A stretch of 64,000 bases of DNA, from NCBI RefSeq assembly GCF_964213995.1, contig NC_135806.1, positions 59,086,001 through 59,150,000 on the forward strand, given 5' to 3'. The notes below the pieces were generated by a model, which saw only the letters and a list, made by a program, of their open reading frames with translations, was not told where the DNA came from and did no database searches. A program made the position numbers and the translations under genes. The DNA is from Mustelus asterias (lineage: Eukaryota). Numbering within the stretch: the stretch's first letter is position 1; each line of letters opens with the position of its first letter. Shown one piece after another: positions 12,260 to 23,990 of the stretch.

Positions 12260-12925
12260 TACATGAACATACCAATTAGGAGCAGGAATAGGCTGATCTG
12301 ATTGTAATCTCCCATCTCTCTCCGATAACCCTTCACCCCATTGTTAATCAAGAATCTATTTAGCTCTGCTTAAAAATATTCAAAGACTCTGCTTCTACTG
12401 TCTTTTAAGGAAGAGAGTTCCAGAGACTCATGACCCTCTGAGAGAAACAATTTCTCCTCATCTCTGTCTTAAATGACTTAGTTTTAAATAGTGACCCCTA
12501 GTTCCAGGTTCTCTGACAAGAGGAAGCTTCCTTTTCACATCTACCCTGTCAAGACCCCTCAGGATCTTATATGTTTCCATCAAGTCACCTCTTACTCCTC
12601 TGAGCTCCAGTGGATACAAGCCTAGCCTGTCCAACCGTTCCTCACATGACAACACGCCCATACCCAGGATTAGTCTAGTAAACCTTCCCTGAACTATTTC
12701 TAAAATATTTACATCCTTCCTTAAGTAAGTTGACCAAAACTGTACACAATACTCCAGATGTGGTTGCACTAGTGTCCTGTATAACTGAAGCATAACCTCC
12801 CTACTTTTCTAATCAATGCCCTTCACAATGAATGATAACATTCTGTTAGCTTTCCCAATTACTTGCTGTACCTGCAAACTAGTCTTTTGTGATTCATGCA
12901 CTAGGACACCCATATTCCTTTGAAT
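12260..12925 (-). mobile_element. Older CR1 LINE 3' fragment
   Basis: ORF 12458-12793 LVQPHLEYCVQFWS..QGRFTRLI..RGDLMETYKIL. Confidence 0.9.
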
Positions 12926-13224
12926 TAGTTAGAGAATGGTTTCAAGTGTAATGGTGTTGAATAAAAAGGATTTGTCTTGGCTCAAAGTATATCAAGCCCC
13001 AAATATATTTAGCATAATTGTTTTGTACAAGAAAAGCAAAAATAGTTTATCTCAGAACTGAAGGAAGCAAAATTGGATGGAAATATTCCACTTTTGCTCT
13101 GGTGTAGTTCAGTACACTAAATAATTCCATATATGACAAAAAGATGTCAATCAAAATTATATGTACTTTTAAAAACATATTCTCAGATTGATACTCTTTT
13201 TTCCACTTCTCTGCTTTCCTTTGC

Positions 13225-13325
13225 GGGGAGACGAGAGTGGAGTGGTAATGTCACGAGACGAGTAATCTCGAGACTCAGCTACTGCTCTGGGGACATGGGT
13301 TCAAATGGCACCTGGTAGGATTTAA
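13225..13325 (+). mobile_element. SINE head fragment (same family as 10445-10818)
   Basis: GTGGTAATGTCAC..AGTAATC..GCTCTGGGGACATGGGTTCAAAT. Confidence 0.55.
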
Positions 13326-13329
13326 TATT

Positions 13330-13480
13330 TGTATATTTAAGAAGCATTTAGATGACCACTTAAAATATCATAGCATCCAAGGTTATGGACCAAGTGCTGG
13401 AAAATGGGATTAGAATGAATCGACGCTTGATGGTTGGCACAGGCATGATGGGCCAAAGGGCCTCTTTATATGCTGCAAAT
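13330..13480 (+). mobile_element. CR1 3' UTR fragment
   Basis: TTTAAGAAGCATTTAGATG..GGAAAATGGGATTAG..ATGATGGGCCAAAGGGCCT. Confidence 0.7.
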
Positions 13481-14239
13481 CTCTAGCTGCTCTGTCAATG
13501 ACTATTTTCAGCTTTTCCATGTTTTTGTAAGTCATTGTTTCAGTACCAGAACTTGAATTAGTCCTGCACAAAATGTGCAACAGAGAAATTTAACAAGTTA
13601 ACATGTCAGCCTGCCACAAAGTCTTAAATGAAAGGGAAGATGTCTTCAAAATGACAGGTATTGTATGTGGTTATCACAAGTGTCTTTGATGCATATACTA
13701 TCTTTAATGAGCCCAGTTCTTTCACCATTTCCAAGCCTTCTTTCGATGTGCTTGTATACCTGTACTGACCCCCAGCTACTGAACCGTGATTGCTTCAATT
13801 GGTTGCAGCTATTTCCTATTAAGTGGAGTGATTCATGATAGAAAATTTTAAATTAGTATTTTCTAACACACTGTGTATGTTGTCCAATCTTATCTTTCTT
13901 CGCTGCTTTTTTTAACCATGTCTTACTGCAACGGTCGGATGGAGGGTGAAGACAATGCAACAGGTTTTAAAAATATTTTTCATCTTCCTGCTAAGTGCAT
14001 ACTCTGAGGTCAGCTTTGGTGACAGGAATCTTGAGAGCTATTCATCTATGAATAATTCATGTTAAGTGACGGTGCAGGAGTAAAGCAAATTTATGTCACA
14101 ACAATCCAGTCCGCCCACAACTGCTGAAATAAAGGGATGATGTGGAGATGCCGGCGTTGGACTGGGGTAAACACAGTAAGAAGTCTAACAACACCAGGTT
14201 AAAGTCCAACAGGTTTATTTGGTAGCAAAAGCTATCACG

Positions 14240-15119
14240 ATGCTCCACTTCTCCAGCTTCCACCCTAAACACGTTAAAGAAGCCATCCCCTACGGACAAG
14301 CCCTCTGCATACACAGCATCTGCTCGGATGAAGAGGATCGCAACAGACACCTCCAGACGCTGAAAGATTCCCTCATAAGGACAGGATATGGCGCTCGACT
14401 CATCGATCAACAGTTCTGACGTGCCACAACGAAAAACCGCACCGACCTCCTCAGAAGGCAAACACGGGACACCGTGGACAGAGTACCCTTCGTCGTCCAG
14501 TACTTCCCAGGGAGCGGAGAAGCTACAACATCTTCTCCGGAGCCTTCGACATGTCATTGATGAAGACGAACATCTTGCCAAGGCCATCCCCACACCCCCA
14601 CTTCTTGCTTTCAAACAACTGTACAGCCTCAAACAGACCATTGTCCGCAGCAAACTACCCAGCCTTCAGGAGAACAGTGACCACGACACCACACAACCCT
14701 GCCACAGCAATCTCTGCAAGACGTGCCGGATCATCGACACGGATGCCATCATCTCACGTGAGAACACCATCCACCAGGTACACGGTACATACTCTTGCAA
14801 CTCAGCCAACGTTGTCTACCTGATACGCTGCAGGAAAGGATGTCCCGAGGCATGGTACATTGGGGAAACCATGCAGACGCTATGACAACGGACGAATGAA
14901 CACCGCTCGACAATCACCAGGCAAGACCGTTCTCTTTCTGTTGGGGAGCACTTCAGCGGTCACGGGCATTCGGCCTCTGATCTCCGGGTAAGCGTTCTCC
15001 AAGGTGGCCTTCACGACACACGACAGCGCAGAGTTGCTGAACAGAAACTGATAGCCAGGTTCCGCACACATGAGGACGGCCTCAACCGGGATATTGGGTT
15101 CATGTCACACTATCTGTAA
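14240..15119 (+). pseudogene. Penelope RT-thumb / GIY-YIG endonuclease coding remnant
   Basis: Pieces in ORFs 14219-14419 and 14388-14885. In-frame TGA stops at about 14417 and 14883 (likely CGA>TGA) and a frameshift near 14510. Confidence 0.9.
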
Positions 15120-15318
15120 CCCCCACAACCTGCCTTGATGTGCAAAATCTCACTAGCTGTCCTGTCTGGAGACAATACACATCTCTTTAACCTGTGCTTA
15201 ATGCTCCCTCCACTCACATCATCTGTACCTTTAAGACTTGTAAAGACTCACATTCCAATCATTATTCATGTAAATTGAGTTTGTGTCTTTGTGCCCTGTT
15301 TGTAATCAGAACTCCCAC

Positions 15319-15357
15319 CCACCTGACGAAGGGACAGCCTGTTCCGAAAGCTAGTGG
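15319..15357 (+). ncRNA. Minimal type I hammerhead ribozyme in the Penelope pseudo-LTR
   Basis: CCAC-CTGACGA-A-GGGACAG-C-CTGTTCC-GAAA-GCT-A-GTGG: CUGANGA and GAAA cores, stem II GGGACAG/CTGTTCC, stem I CCAC/GTGG, palindromic AGCT stem III. Confidence 0.8.
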
Positions 15358-15739
15358 CTTTTGCTACCAAATAAACCTGTTGGACTTTAACCTGGTGTTG
15401 TTAGACTTCTTACGAAATAAAGGGAGCCATTTTAATAGACCTGAGAGTACCTCCATGTTATCTGGACTTTTCACACTTTTGCAGTTATTTTACTATTTAT
15501 TTCCACCACCTGGGGTAGCAGTGGCGCCCTTATCAACAAATCATTCCTTGGTCTGACCCCCTGTTTCCCTATCACATTATCCTACTTTGAACATTTTACA
15601 TCTTACAAGCACACCATTCACCAGTGCAGACACATTCACCTTATGGCGATACGATGGCACTGAATGGTGATAACGGCACAGCTGTACTGGAGGTGGTGCC
15701 AGAGGCAGAGGGAGCTGTGGGTATTTTGCCTCAGAGTAC

Positions 15740-16010
15740 AGCCATGCTCAACTGAAAGCAGGTGCAGGACCTCAGGCAGCACTGGGATGGATGATCCACC
15801 TGGAACAGGAGCAGGAGATGTGCTCGGAGTTCTCTGGCAAGTGCGGGGGTCACAGGAAGAAGATGGGTCCATCCAGTTCATGTGCACCATAATAGCTCAG
15901 GACTTTGAGCACATTATCTCCTCCATCGTGACAGTGGGCAAGAACCAAATGCACTCGGAATGCATGAGGGAATTGCACCCATTCACAGAACACATGGGAG
16001 GCTGTGTAGT
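15740..16010 (+). pseudogene. C-terminal remnant of a Harbinger Myb/SANT protein gene
   Basis: GDVLGVLWQVRGSQEEDGSIQFMCTIIAQDFEHIISSIVTVG resembles the 26120-26497 peptide (..QGFVQSLQPILFIMELVA). Converges on the transposase. Confidence 0.45.
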
Positions 16011-16094
16011 ATGGCCCGGTCACTGGCATTGGTGGCATAGATCTTTGGACAGGATGCGAGATGCCTCACTGTCCTCAAGGCCTATACCTTTCTT

Positions 16095-16830
16095 GTGATC
16101 ATGTTATGGAGAGCATGGTAGACCACCATGTTGATCCTTGCAGTAGGGTGGGTATTACAGAGCACCACCTGACCAATCCAGGCACCAGAATCACATCTTC
16201 AGAAACTCAATGGCTGTCCGTGTGGGCAGTTGGCATTGGCTATATTGTCTCTATGTATCTCTCGGAGGTCCCTGTACAGAACTGAATAACCATATTTTCT
16301 AGTATCTACCCACAGATTCTGGGGGTAGAAGTGAAGATTTGAGACAGCCTGGATTTGCAGAGGATAAAGGAATCATGGCAGCCACCAGGAAAGTAAACGT
16401 ACGCATGAAGCCTGCTCTTGTGGTTATAGATTAGTTGAATGTTGAGGGAGTGGAAGTCTTATCCATTGATGGATCTGATTGGTTGGTCACTTGGTGCTTT
16501 CGCCATATGTGTCCAATCAATGATGCCAAGTTCTGGGGGAGTCCAGCGATGGCAGCAAATCCACTGCCCTCTGTGCATGCAAGGCCTCATCTGTCATGAA
16601 ATGAAAGTATTGGCAAAGGGAGCATAAGCAAGAGGTGTACTGTCATTTGCGAAATTCCACCTTTGAAGGGGCTGGAAGTGAAGACATTCATGGCCACAGT
16701 GACTATGATAGCAACAGCAGAGCTTGGCAACCAGAATGTGAGGTGGAAGGTCTTCGACAACAAGGATACAGATATCTATGACTATCTGTCTGGAGTTTCC
16801 TGCAGCTCTGGGTCTCAGTCACCTCTAGAT
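16095..16830 (-). pseudogene. PIF/Harbinger DDE transposase (HARBI1-like) remnant
   Basis: Minus-strand motifs in order: AIIVTVAMNVF, AAIAGLP, FHSLNIQLI, FPGGCHDSFIL, LKM*FWCLDWSGGAL*Y, ALHNM. Confidence 0.85.
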
Positions 16831-17459
16831 AACTCTATATATAGATCTATGTTTAGGGTTTGACCTCCATTGTCTTCCTGTCCCTCTTTCCTCAGCCATG
16901 CCTTCTGGATGTTCACGTTCCATCCTTCCTATGGGGGTTGTTCCTCCACATTGCCACTGGGTCCAAAATATAAAAGTCAACATCTATTGCTAGCTTTCTT
17001 GTGGTTGTGTAGCTATCCCTGCTCCTTTGCCCCTACTATACCAGGAGAATGATAACTCCATTCAATGCCCATGCACTCAGTACTCAGTCTTCCCACCACA
17101 TGCACGGTGCCAAGAACACCTGTGACCCAAGTGGTCGATTTTCCCGCTCTGTGCCATTACCCCTTTTATGTGGCTAGAATAATTTCCTGGGCCAGTTTGC
17201 ATTTTGTACCCACCTCCCTGCAGCTGGTCAGTCCCAGACAGTGTGTGAAAACAAGCACATGTGCACACGCACAAAATTGGGGATTGAGTCGGATCGCCGT
17301 CCAGCCCGCCCCCAGTTTTGGTGAGTATTTCTAGTGCCAGGAAGTGCATCTCAAAACCAAGGTGCCAGCCAGCACCTGTATTTTCAGGCCTCTGCCCCTG
17401 ATATCAGCAAGGCTGAAGATTTAGCCAATTATGTCCAACTCTTGACATATACTTTAGAA

Positions 17460-17908
17460 AGGATCAGAGAGGATGCAGAAACAAATATGAGAATTCTTCC
17501 AGGGATGAAGGGCTTTAGCTACCTCTAATTGGGGCTGTTCTCTTTAGAAAAGAGAAGATTAGGAGGTGATTTTAATAAAAATGCTCATTATCATGGAGTA
17601 TTGTCAGGTTAGATAGGGAGAAACTGTTGACAAAAGAAACAAATTCAAGGTGATTGACAAAAGCACTGAAGGTACCATGGGGGACAATATTTTACACAGC
17701 TTGTGCTTAGGATCTGGGATGCACTACCTGAGAGTGTGATGGAGGCAGGGTCAGTCATGGCTTTCAAAAGGGAAATGGATCACTATCCGAATAGAAGAAA
17801 ATTGCAGGGCTACATGCAATGTGTAGTGGAGTGGAAATAACTGAGTTGCTCTTACAAAGTGCCAGCATGGACACCCTGAGCCAAATCTTCTGTTCTGTAA
17901 TCATTCTA
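17460..17908 (+). mobile_element. Degenerate CR1 3' fragment
   Basis: RILPGMKG, LGLFSLEKRRLGGD and IWDALPE motifs plus 3' UTR. Confidence 0.8.
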
Positions 17909-19149
17909 TTGCCAGAATTTTCCAACCCCACCCCACCAAGTGAATTTTAACACAACGGAGACAGGCCACGGGCAGAATCTGCCAGTCCCAGTGAAGTTAA
18001 TAGCAATTTGCAATGTTCACCCATCCTGTCACCGGACATTCTATCATTGGCCAATTGCATTGCTTCATGGGAGAATTTACATTCCTGATTATGCAAAAAT
18101 TAGTTTTATCTGAAACTCGAACAGTAACCTAACCAGCACAATTCTGTGCACATTTTGAATGCAGTTTCTTGATTGCACCCAAAGCGCACCCTCCAGCTCT
18201 AGGACTGAGTGAAGATTTTGGGCTGCTGCAGTTACAATGATGGAATGAGATCCCAGGAGTTTCTAGGCTGTAGTTCTTTTGGAAGCAGGTCACAAAAGTA
18301 TCACTGACCAACAGGGATGGAAATTTTAATACTTTGCGATAGAAGTTTGACTTGGGCAGCATCATATCGGTTCCCACTACATGCATGAGTACAATACTGA
18401 ATATCAAATGCTTATTTCAGCAGCAAGTAAACTTGTTTTCAAATTTATTGGTTCCAAGATAAATACATTAAAATAGTCTTCCTTTGATACCACCTACAGT
18501 ACACAATAATGAGTGAAACATGATTTGATTGTCTTCTTTATATTATGTGGACTCTGGGAGAAACAAAGTAACACAGTCTACTTCTTTGTAAAATAAGGTC
18601 ATTGTTGGTTATTTGAGAAGCTACCTCCTGAATATCAGCCTGACTGATAGGATGGCTTTAATTATATTTTTCCTGTCATGTGCTTAAAACAAAAAGCAGG
18701 ATGAATTATTTTCAAGCCCGTATTGTTGATGGAAACTGATTCAACATTATCATTAAAATCCAGCCTTGTTATTGCAATCAAACTGGATTATTAATAATTC
18801 TGTAACATACAGAGTCTGCCAAATTTTTCACAAATGTGTCAGAATATCTATGATTTGCCCTGAGGTAAAAATGCTGCAAATGCCTTTATTTTATCAGCCT
18901 CCCTGTCAGTTTTTAAATTATGTATAAAATGTAATTGCATTTTAGGTTGATCTCCAAGGATCTAAAAAGTTCCCTAACTAATAACTCTATGTCAGAAGAA
19001 GTAATTAAAAATTAATTGCTATAATAATCAGAAATAACACTTCCAGCTAAAAGAATAATGCTGAATTGAACGAACAACCAAACTCTCTCATTATTTTGAT
19101 TTACATCCCTATACTTTAGAGATACTATTAAAAATTACTGAACATTTTT

Positions 19150-20730
19150 AGGAGGTAACAAGGGCATGGATGAGCACTGTATATTTGATGTAGCCTCCAT
19201 GCTTTTAGCCAGGCTTTTGACTAGGTCCCACAAGGAAGACTGGTCAGGTGGGAATCTGGATCCAAAATTGGCTCAGTGACAGAAAACAAGGGGTAATGGT
19301 TGATGGTGTTTTTTGTAACTGGAAGGCTCTTTCCAATTGGGATTCCACAGGGTTCAATGCTCGGTCACTGTTTGTTGCGGTGTTTATCAATGATTTAGAC
19401 TGGAATAAAAGGGCATAATTAGGAAATTCCCAGATGAAACAAAAATTTGCTGATCATCTGAGAGTGAGAAAGAAAGCTATATTCTGCAAGTGGGTTTTAA
19501 TGGACTTGTAAAGTGGGCAGAGAAGGGCCAAATGGAATTCAATCTAGAGAAGTGTGAGGGGATGGATTTGGGGAGGGCAAACAAGGCCATGGAATACACA
19601 ATAAATGGTAGGATACTGAGAAGTATTAGAAGGACCTTAGAGTGCATTTCCAGGATAGATAGAAGGAATAAGGGACACTTTCTTTTATTAGTGAGGCACA
19701 GAATGCAAGAGCAGGTTGTTTATGCTGGAAGTGAATGAAACACTAGTCAGGTCACAGCTGGAGTAGGCACACAGTTCTTATCACTGCATCACAGAAAAGA
19801 TATGATTGCACTTGAGAACATAAGAAATATGAGCAGGAGTAGGCCATCTAGCCCCTCGAGCCTGCCCCGCCATTCAATAAGATCATGGCTGATCTGAAGT
19901 AGATCAGATCCACTTACCCGCCTGATCCCTATAACCCCTAATTCCCTTGCCAATCAGGAATCCATCTATCCGTGATTTAAACATATTCAACGAGGTAGCC
20001 TCCACCACTTCAGTAGGCAGAGAATTCCAGAGATTCACCACCCTCTGAGAGAAGAAGTTCCTCCTCAACTGTCCTAAACTGATCCCCCTTTATTTTGAGG
20101 CTGTGCCCTCTAGTTCTAGCTTCATTTCTAAGTGGAAAGAATCTCTCCATCTCTACCCTATCCAGCCCCTTCATTATCATATAGGTCTCTATAAGATCCC
20201 CCCCTCAGCCTTCTAAATTCCAATGAGTACAAACCCAATCTGCTCAGTCTCTCCTCATAATCAACACCCCTCATCTCTGGTATCAACCTGGTGAACCTTC
20301 TCTGCACTCCCTCCAAGGCCAATATATCCTTCCGCAAATAAGGGGACCAATACTGCACACTGTATTCCAGCTGCGGCCTCACCAATGCCCTGTACAGATG
20401 CAGCAAGACATCTCTGCTTTTATATTCTATCCCCCTTCGGATATAGGCCAACATCCCATTTGCCTTCTTGATCACCTGTTGCACCTGCAGACTGGGTTTT
20501 TGCATCTCATGCACAAGGACCCCCAGGTCCTTGCGAGGGTACAGAGGAGATTTACAAGAATGTCAGGAATGGAGAATTTAGCTAAGAGAAAAGATTGAAG
20601 AGACTGAAGTTGTTTCTATGGAACAGAAAAGGCTGGAGGGGATAAAATTAGGATGTATGGTCTAGATAGTGTGCATAGGAAGGACATATTTCTGTTAGCA
20701 GAGAGGTCAATAAACAAGGCACATAGATTT
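19150..20730 (+). mobile_element. Old CR1 LINE RT fragment, interrupted by a younger antisense CR1
   Basis: IPQGSMLG, FINDLD, KWAEKGQMEFNLEKCE. Resumes after 20531 with RVQRRFTRM. Confidence 0.85.
19815..20530 (-). mobile_element. Young 5'-truncated CR1, same subfamily as 8186-9487
   Basis: Near-identical by eye to 8186-8910. ORF 20158-20514. Confidence 0.95.
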
Positions 20731-21099
20731 AGTGATGGACATCAATGCCCACTGCATCTTCATCTCAGAACATGCAACGGACAGTGAGTAGGCAAGATTT
20801 GCTGTGGGGCTCCATTCCACTTCCTTCCCATCCAGTGACTGCCAATGAGAATCAACACTTTAACAAACCAAGCACCGAGGCAACTTGAAGCAAGTCATAA
20901 TGCTCCAAGGTTAAAGATCACAAGGAGCCTGGGGGAAAGTTTGTGTTATTTTTACAGAAAATGTAAGTTTTTTAAGAGGTTTTCTTGAGTGTCTAAGTTT
21001 TCTTAAAGGTTTTTTAAAGTATGTTTGTGATATTATTATGGACTTTAAAGTAATTCAGCAGTGTTTTTGAGGTAAATCGTGTAGACCTGATCAAATGAA

Positions 21100-21760
21100 C
21101 CAATGAGAATACCTGTAAGCCTCTTGCTTTGAAGGCAAAGATCAGGAGAACTACCATAAATGGCAAGCGGCAAGGCATAGGAGACGGCTTCTAATGCTTG
21201 TTAGCAGGTATCTAAGCTTCTCCATCTGCAGTTCAAGGTGGGAACAATTCACTGTGACTCTTGAGCAAAGGCCCTCATGAACCAGTAACTGAATAATGCT
21301 ACCCGCCAGATATTTGTGGTAACACCACACAAAGGAGACCTTCAGCTGACCAAGAGCTGAGGTCAATGCCAAATGAGTCTTGTCATCATTGCTCCCATCC
21401 AGAAGAGGGGAGAAAGTTTTTATTTCTACCTTGTGGCAGGGCTGACGGCATAAGTTACTGTACAATTGTTGGCACGAATACCCCTACTGTCTAATGTGTT
21501 CATGAACAGGTGTACTTGCCAATGAATTTGCAGCTAGTCTGTAACCATAGGAATGAAAGATTGCATGTGAATGCTCATTACCCCGACAGCTCCCATAGTT
21601 ATTTCATTCCACAGCAGTCAATATTGCCACATTGTCTGAATGGCCATAAAGACTGTAGGATTGGTTGTTGGACAACCAGAGAATATACATTGTGACCATG
21701 CTGGTGACACCACTGTAAAACCCAAGAACAAAACCTGACGAGCAGTACAATGTAGCATTC
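21100..21760 (+). pseudogene. Second Harbinger transposase remnant
   Basis: MNLQLVCNHRNERLHVNAHYPDSSHSYFIPQQSILP (cf. NVQLVCD..ARYPGSSHD), followed by a decayed GDKGYPL..LMTPLRNP..YN motif at 21665-21752. Confidence 0.75.
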
Positions 21761-22257
21761 AATTGCAGTAAGATCTTAATTAAAAATAAATCTGCATGCT
21801 CAGCTACATGCCGGGAGTCATTTAAATAGGGTAGATGTGAGGTAAGGCTCCAGCATTTACAGAATTCAAATCCATTCTGTTGTTCAGAATCTGAAACTGA
21901 AATTTGGGCTTTAAGCCACCTGCCTTTGCTCTTCTTCAGTCACACTCCGTGAATCACCAAGTGCATCTTTCTACTAACTACATGCCTGAAATAGATATAT
22001 CTGTGAGATAACACTGGGCTTGGTGAGTTGCTGAAGGCCTTTTCTTGAATGCTGGCACTGCCTACTTTTGGCGCAAAAAAGTAGCAACAGCAAAATATTT
22101 TTGCACTGCACTAGAACAGCCATCCGATGGCAAGACGTTGCCTCAAATATCTCTTTTTACCATTCTTTCTAATGCCTTCATAGTAAATGGAATCAAATAT
22201 ATATGTATTCTCATAAGTTAATGAGGGTATCTAATATGCTCAGTTTTTTTTGTTATC

Positions 22258-23060
22258 ACATAGAGTTTTACAGCGCAGAAAGAGGCCCTTCGGCCCATCC
22301 TGTCTGTACCAGCCCCCAAACACCTATTTATTCCAGTACCATTTTCCAGCATTTGGTCCATAGCCTTGTATGCTATGTGCTCATCTAAATGCTTCTTAAA
22401 TGTTGTGAGTTCCCGCCTCTACCACCCTTTCAGGCAATGAATTCCAGATTCTCACCAAGCTCTATGTGAAAACATTTTTCCTTAAATTCCCTCTAAATCT
22501 CCTGCCTCTTACTTTAAATCTATAACCCTGGTTATTGACCCCTCTACTAAGGGGAACAATGTCTTCCTATCTTCCCTATCTATATCCCAGGGTTCACTAG
22601 AATTGTTGGTTCCACCCTTTACGGGAACATGTTGGCATTGTACTCTCTCTATTTCTTTCTTGAATAACTCCCACTGCTCTGATGTGGATCTTCCTGCAAT
22701 TAGCTGCTCCTAGTCCACTTTGGCCACATATGCTCTTACCCTATTAAATTGGCCTTCCCCCAAATCAGAAACCTTATTTCCAGTCTATCTTTGTCCATTT
22801 CCATAACTACCTTAAACCTTACTCAGTGAGGTATGGTCACTATCACTGAAATGCTCCCCCACTGACACCTTCACCACCTGCCTGGTTTCATTCCCTAAAA
22901 TTAGGTCAAATATCACCTCTTGTTAGATTTTCTACGCGCTGGCTCACAAAGGTTTGGATGCATTTTAAGTATTCTGCTCTCTCAAAACCGTTCATACCTT
23001 GTCTATCCCAATTAATATTGAGGAAGTTGAAATCCCCTACTATTATTACTTATTATCTAT
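22258..23060 (-). mobile_element. CR1 fragments (3' tail joined to endonuclease-region pieces)
   Basis: CATAGAG..AGAGGCCCTTCGGCCCATC tail. IVGDFNFLNI-like APE motif at about 23015-23045 on the minus strand. Confidence 0.75.
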
Positions 23061-23589
23061 GGTCTAGTTTATTGTTTGCCATATGTAAGGGTGACACAGT
23101 CAGCATGTTGCTATGCCAACATGACACTTAGCCTAAGGAAAACCTGTGCATGAAGTAGGGATGACCAATTGTCAATGTGCAGTACACTCTTCCACTGTGA
23201 TGTGCACTAAATTCTGAAAAGCTTTGCAAGTGAGCATTGCAAAATGAAGTCAGATAATACCATTTTTCATTTTGCCCAGCAAGTAACTACACGCAGACAC
23301 AGGTGAGACTCTTTTATCACCTTATGTTTCTCTAGTACTGCTTTTTATTGCTGAACGGTCTTCATCTTCAGAAGAAAGCCGCTCACATATAGGATCTCCA
23401 AAACTTTATCACTAAATAGAGCAGTCCTCCCTCTCTCTTGTCTGAATCCAAATAAATCATACTTTCAATTGTAGTGCAGCTTTAAGGGGAACTAGCAGTC
23501 CTTTAATTGTTCTTGATACTTAATAATCCATGTCTTTAATCTCATGTCGCTCCCTGTGCATCATGTAGCCAGCAATGGAGTTTTAAAAT

Positions 23590-23990
23590 TTACTTATGGG
23601 TGTGGGTGTCATTAGCTAGGCCAGCATTTATTGCCCATCCCTAGTTGCTCTCGTGAAGGTGATGGTGAGCTGTCTTGAATGGCTGCAGTCCCTGAAGTGT
23701 AGAGACACCCAGAGTGCTGTTTGGGAAGGAATTCCAGGATTTTAACCCAGCGACAATGAAGGAACAGCAATATATTTCCAAGTCAGGGTGGTGAGTGACT
23801 TGAGAGGACCCTCCAAGTGGTGGTATTCCTGGTACCTGCTGCCCCATAACTTTCAGATGGTGGTCATAGGTTTGGGAGGTGTTGCCTAAGGAACTTGCAG
23901 TTCCTGCAGTTGGTACACACGGCTGCCACTATTCGTTGGTGGTGGAGGGAGTGAATGTTTGTGGATGGGTTACCAATCAAGCAGGCGCCT
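23590..23990 (-). mobile_element. 3' end of a CR1-clade LINE (family of 29960-31375)
   Basis: Reverse complement of 30950-31365-like sequence; SFIVAGLKSWNSFPNS. Confidence 0.85.

Larger units (their letters stand above)
14138..15413 (+). mobile_element. Penelope-like retroelement, 5'-truncated, with inverted terminal segment and 12-bp TSD
   Basis: RT thumb SFHPKHVKEAIPYGQAL. CxxC linker (CHSNLCKTC). GIY-YIG motif NVVYLIRCRKGCPEAWYIGET. GLNRD end near 15119. Inverted repeat 14176-14232 / 15357-15413. GAAATAAAGGGA at 14126-14137 and 15414-15425. Confidence 0.95.

Noticed and set aside
14096-14653. 185-aa minus-strand ORF
   Set aside because: Antisense shadow of the Penelope coding region and inverted repeat.
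16095-16830. Host HARBI1 or NAIF1 gene
   Set aside because: Multiple stops and frameshifts and several divergent copies indicate decayed transposons, not domesticated genes.
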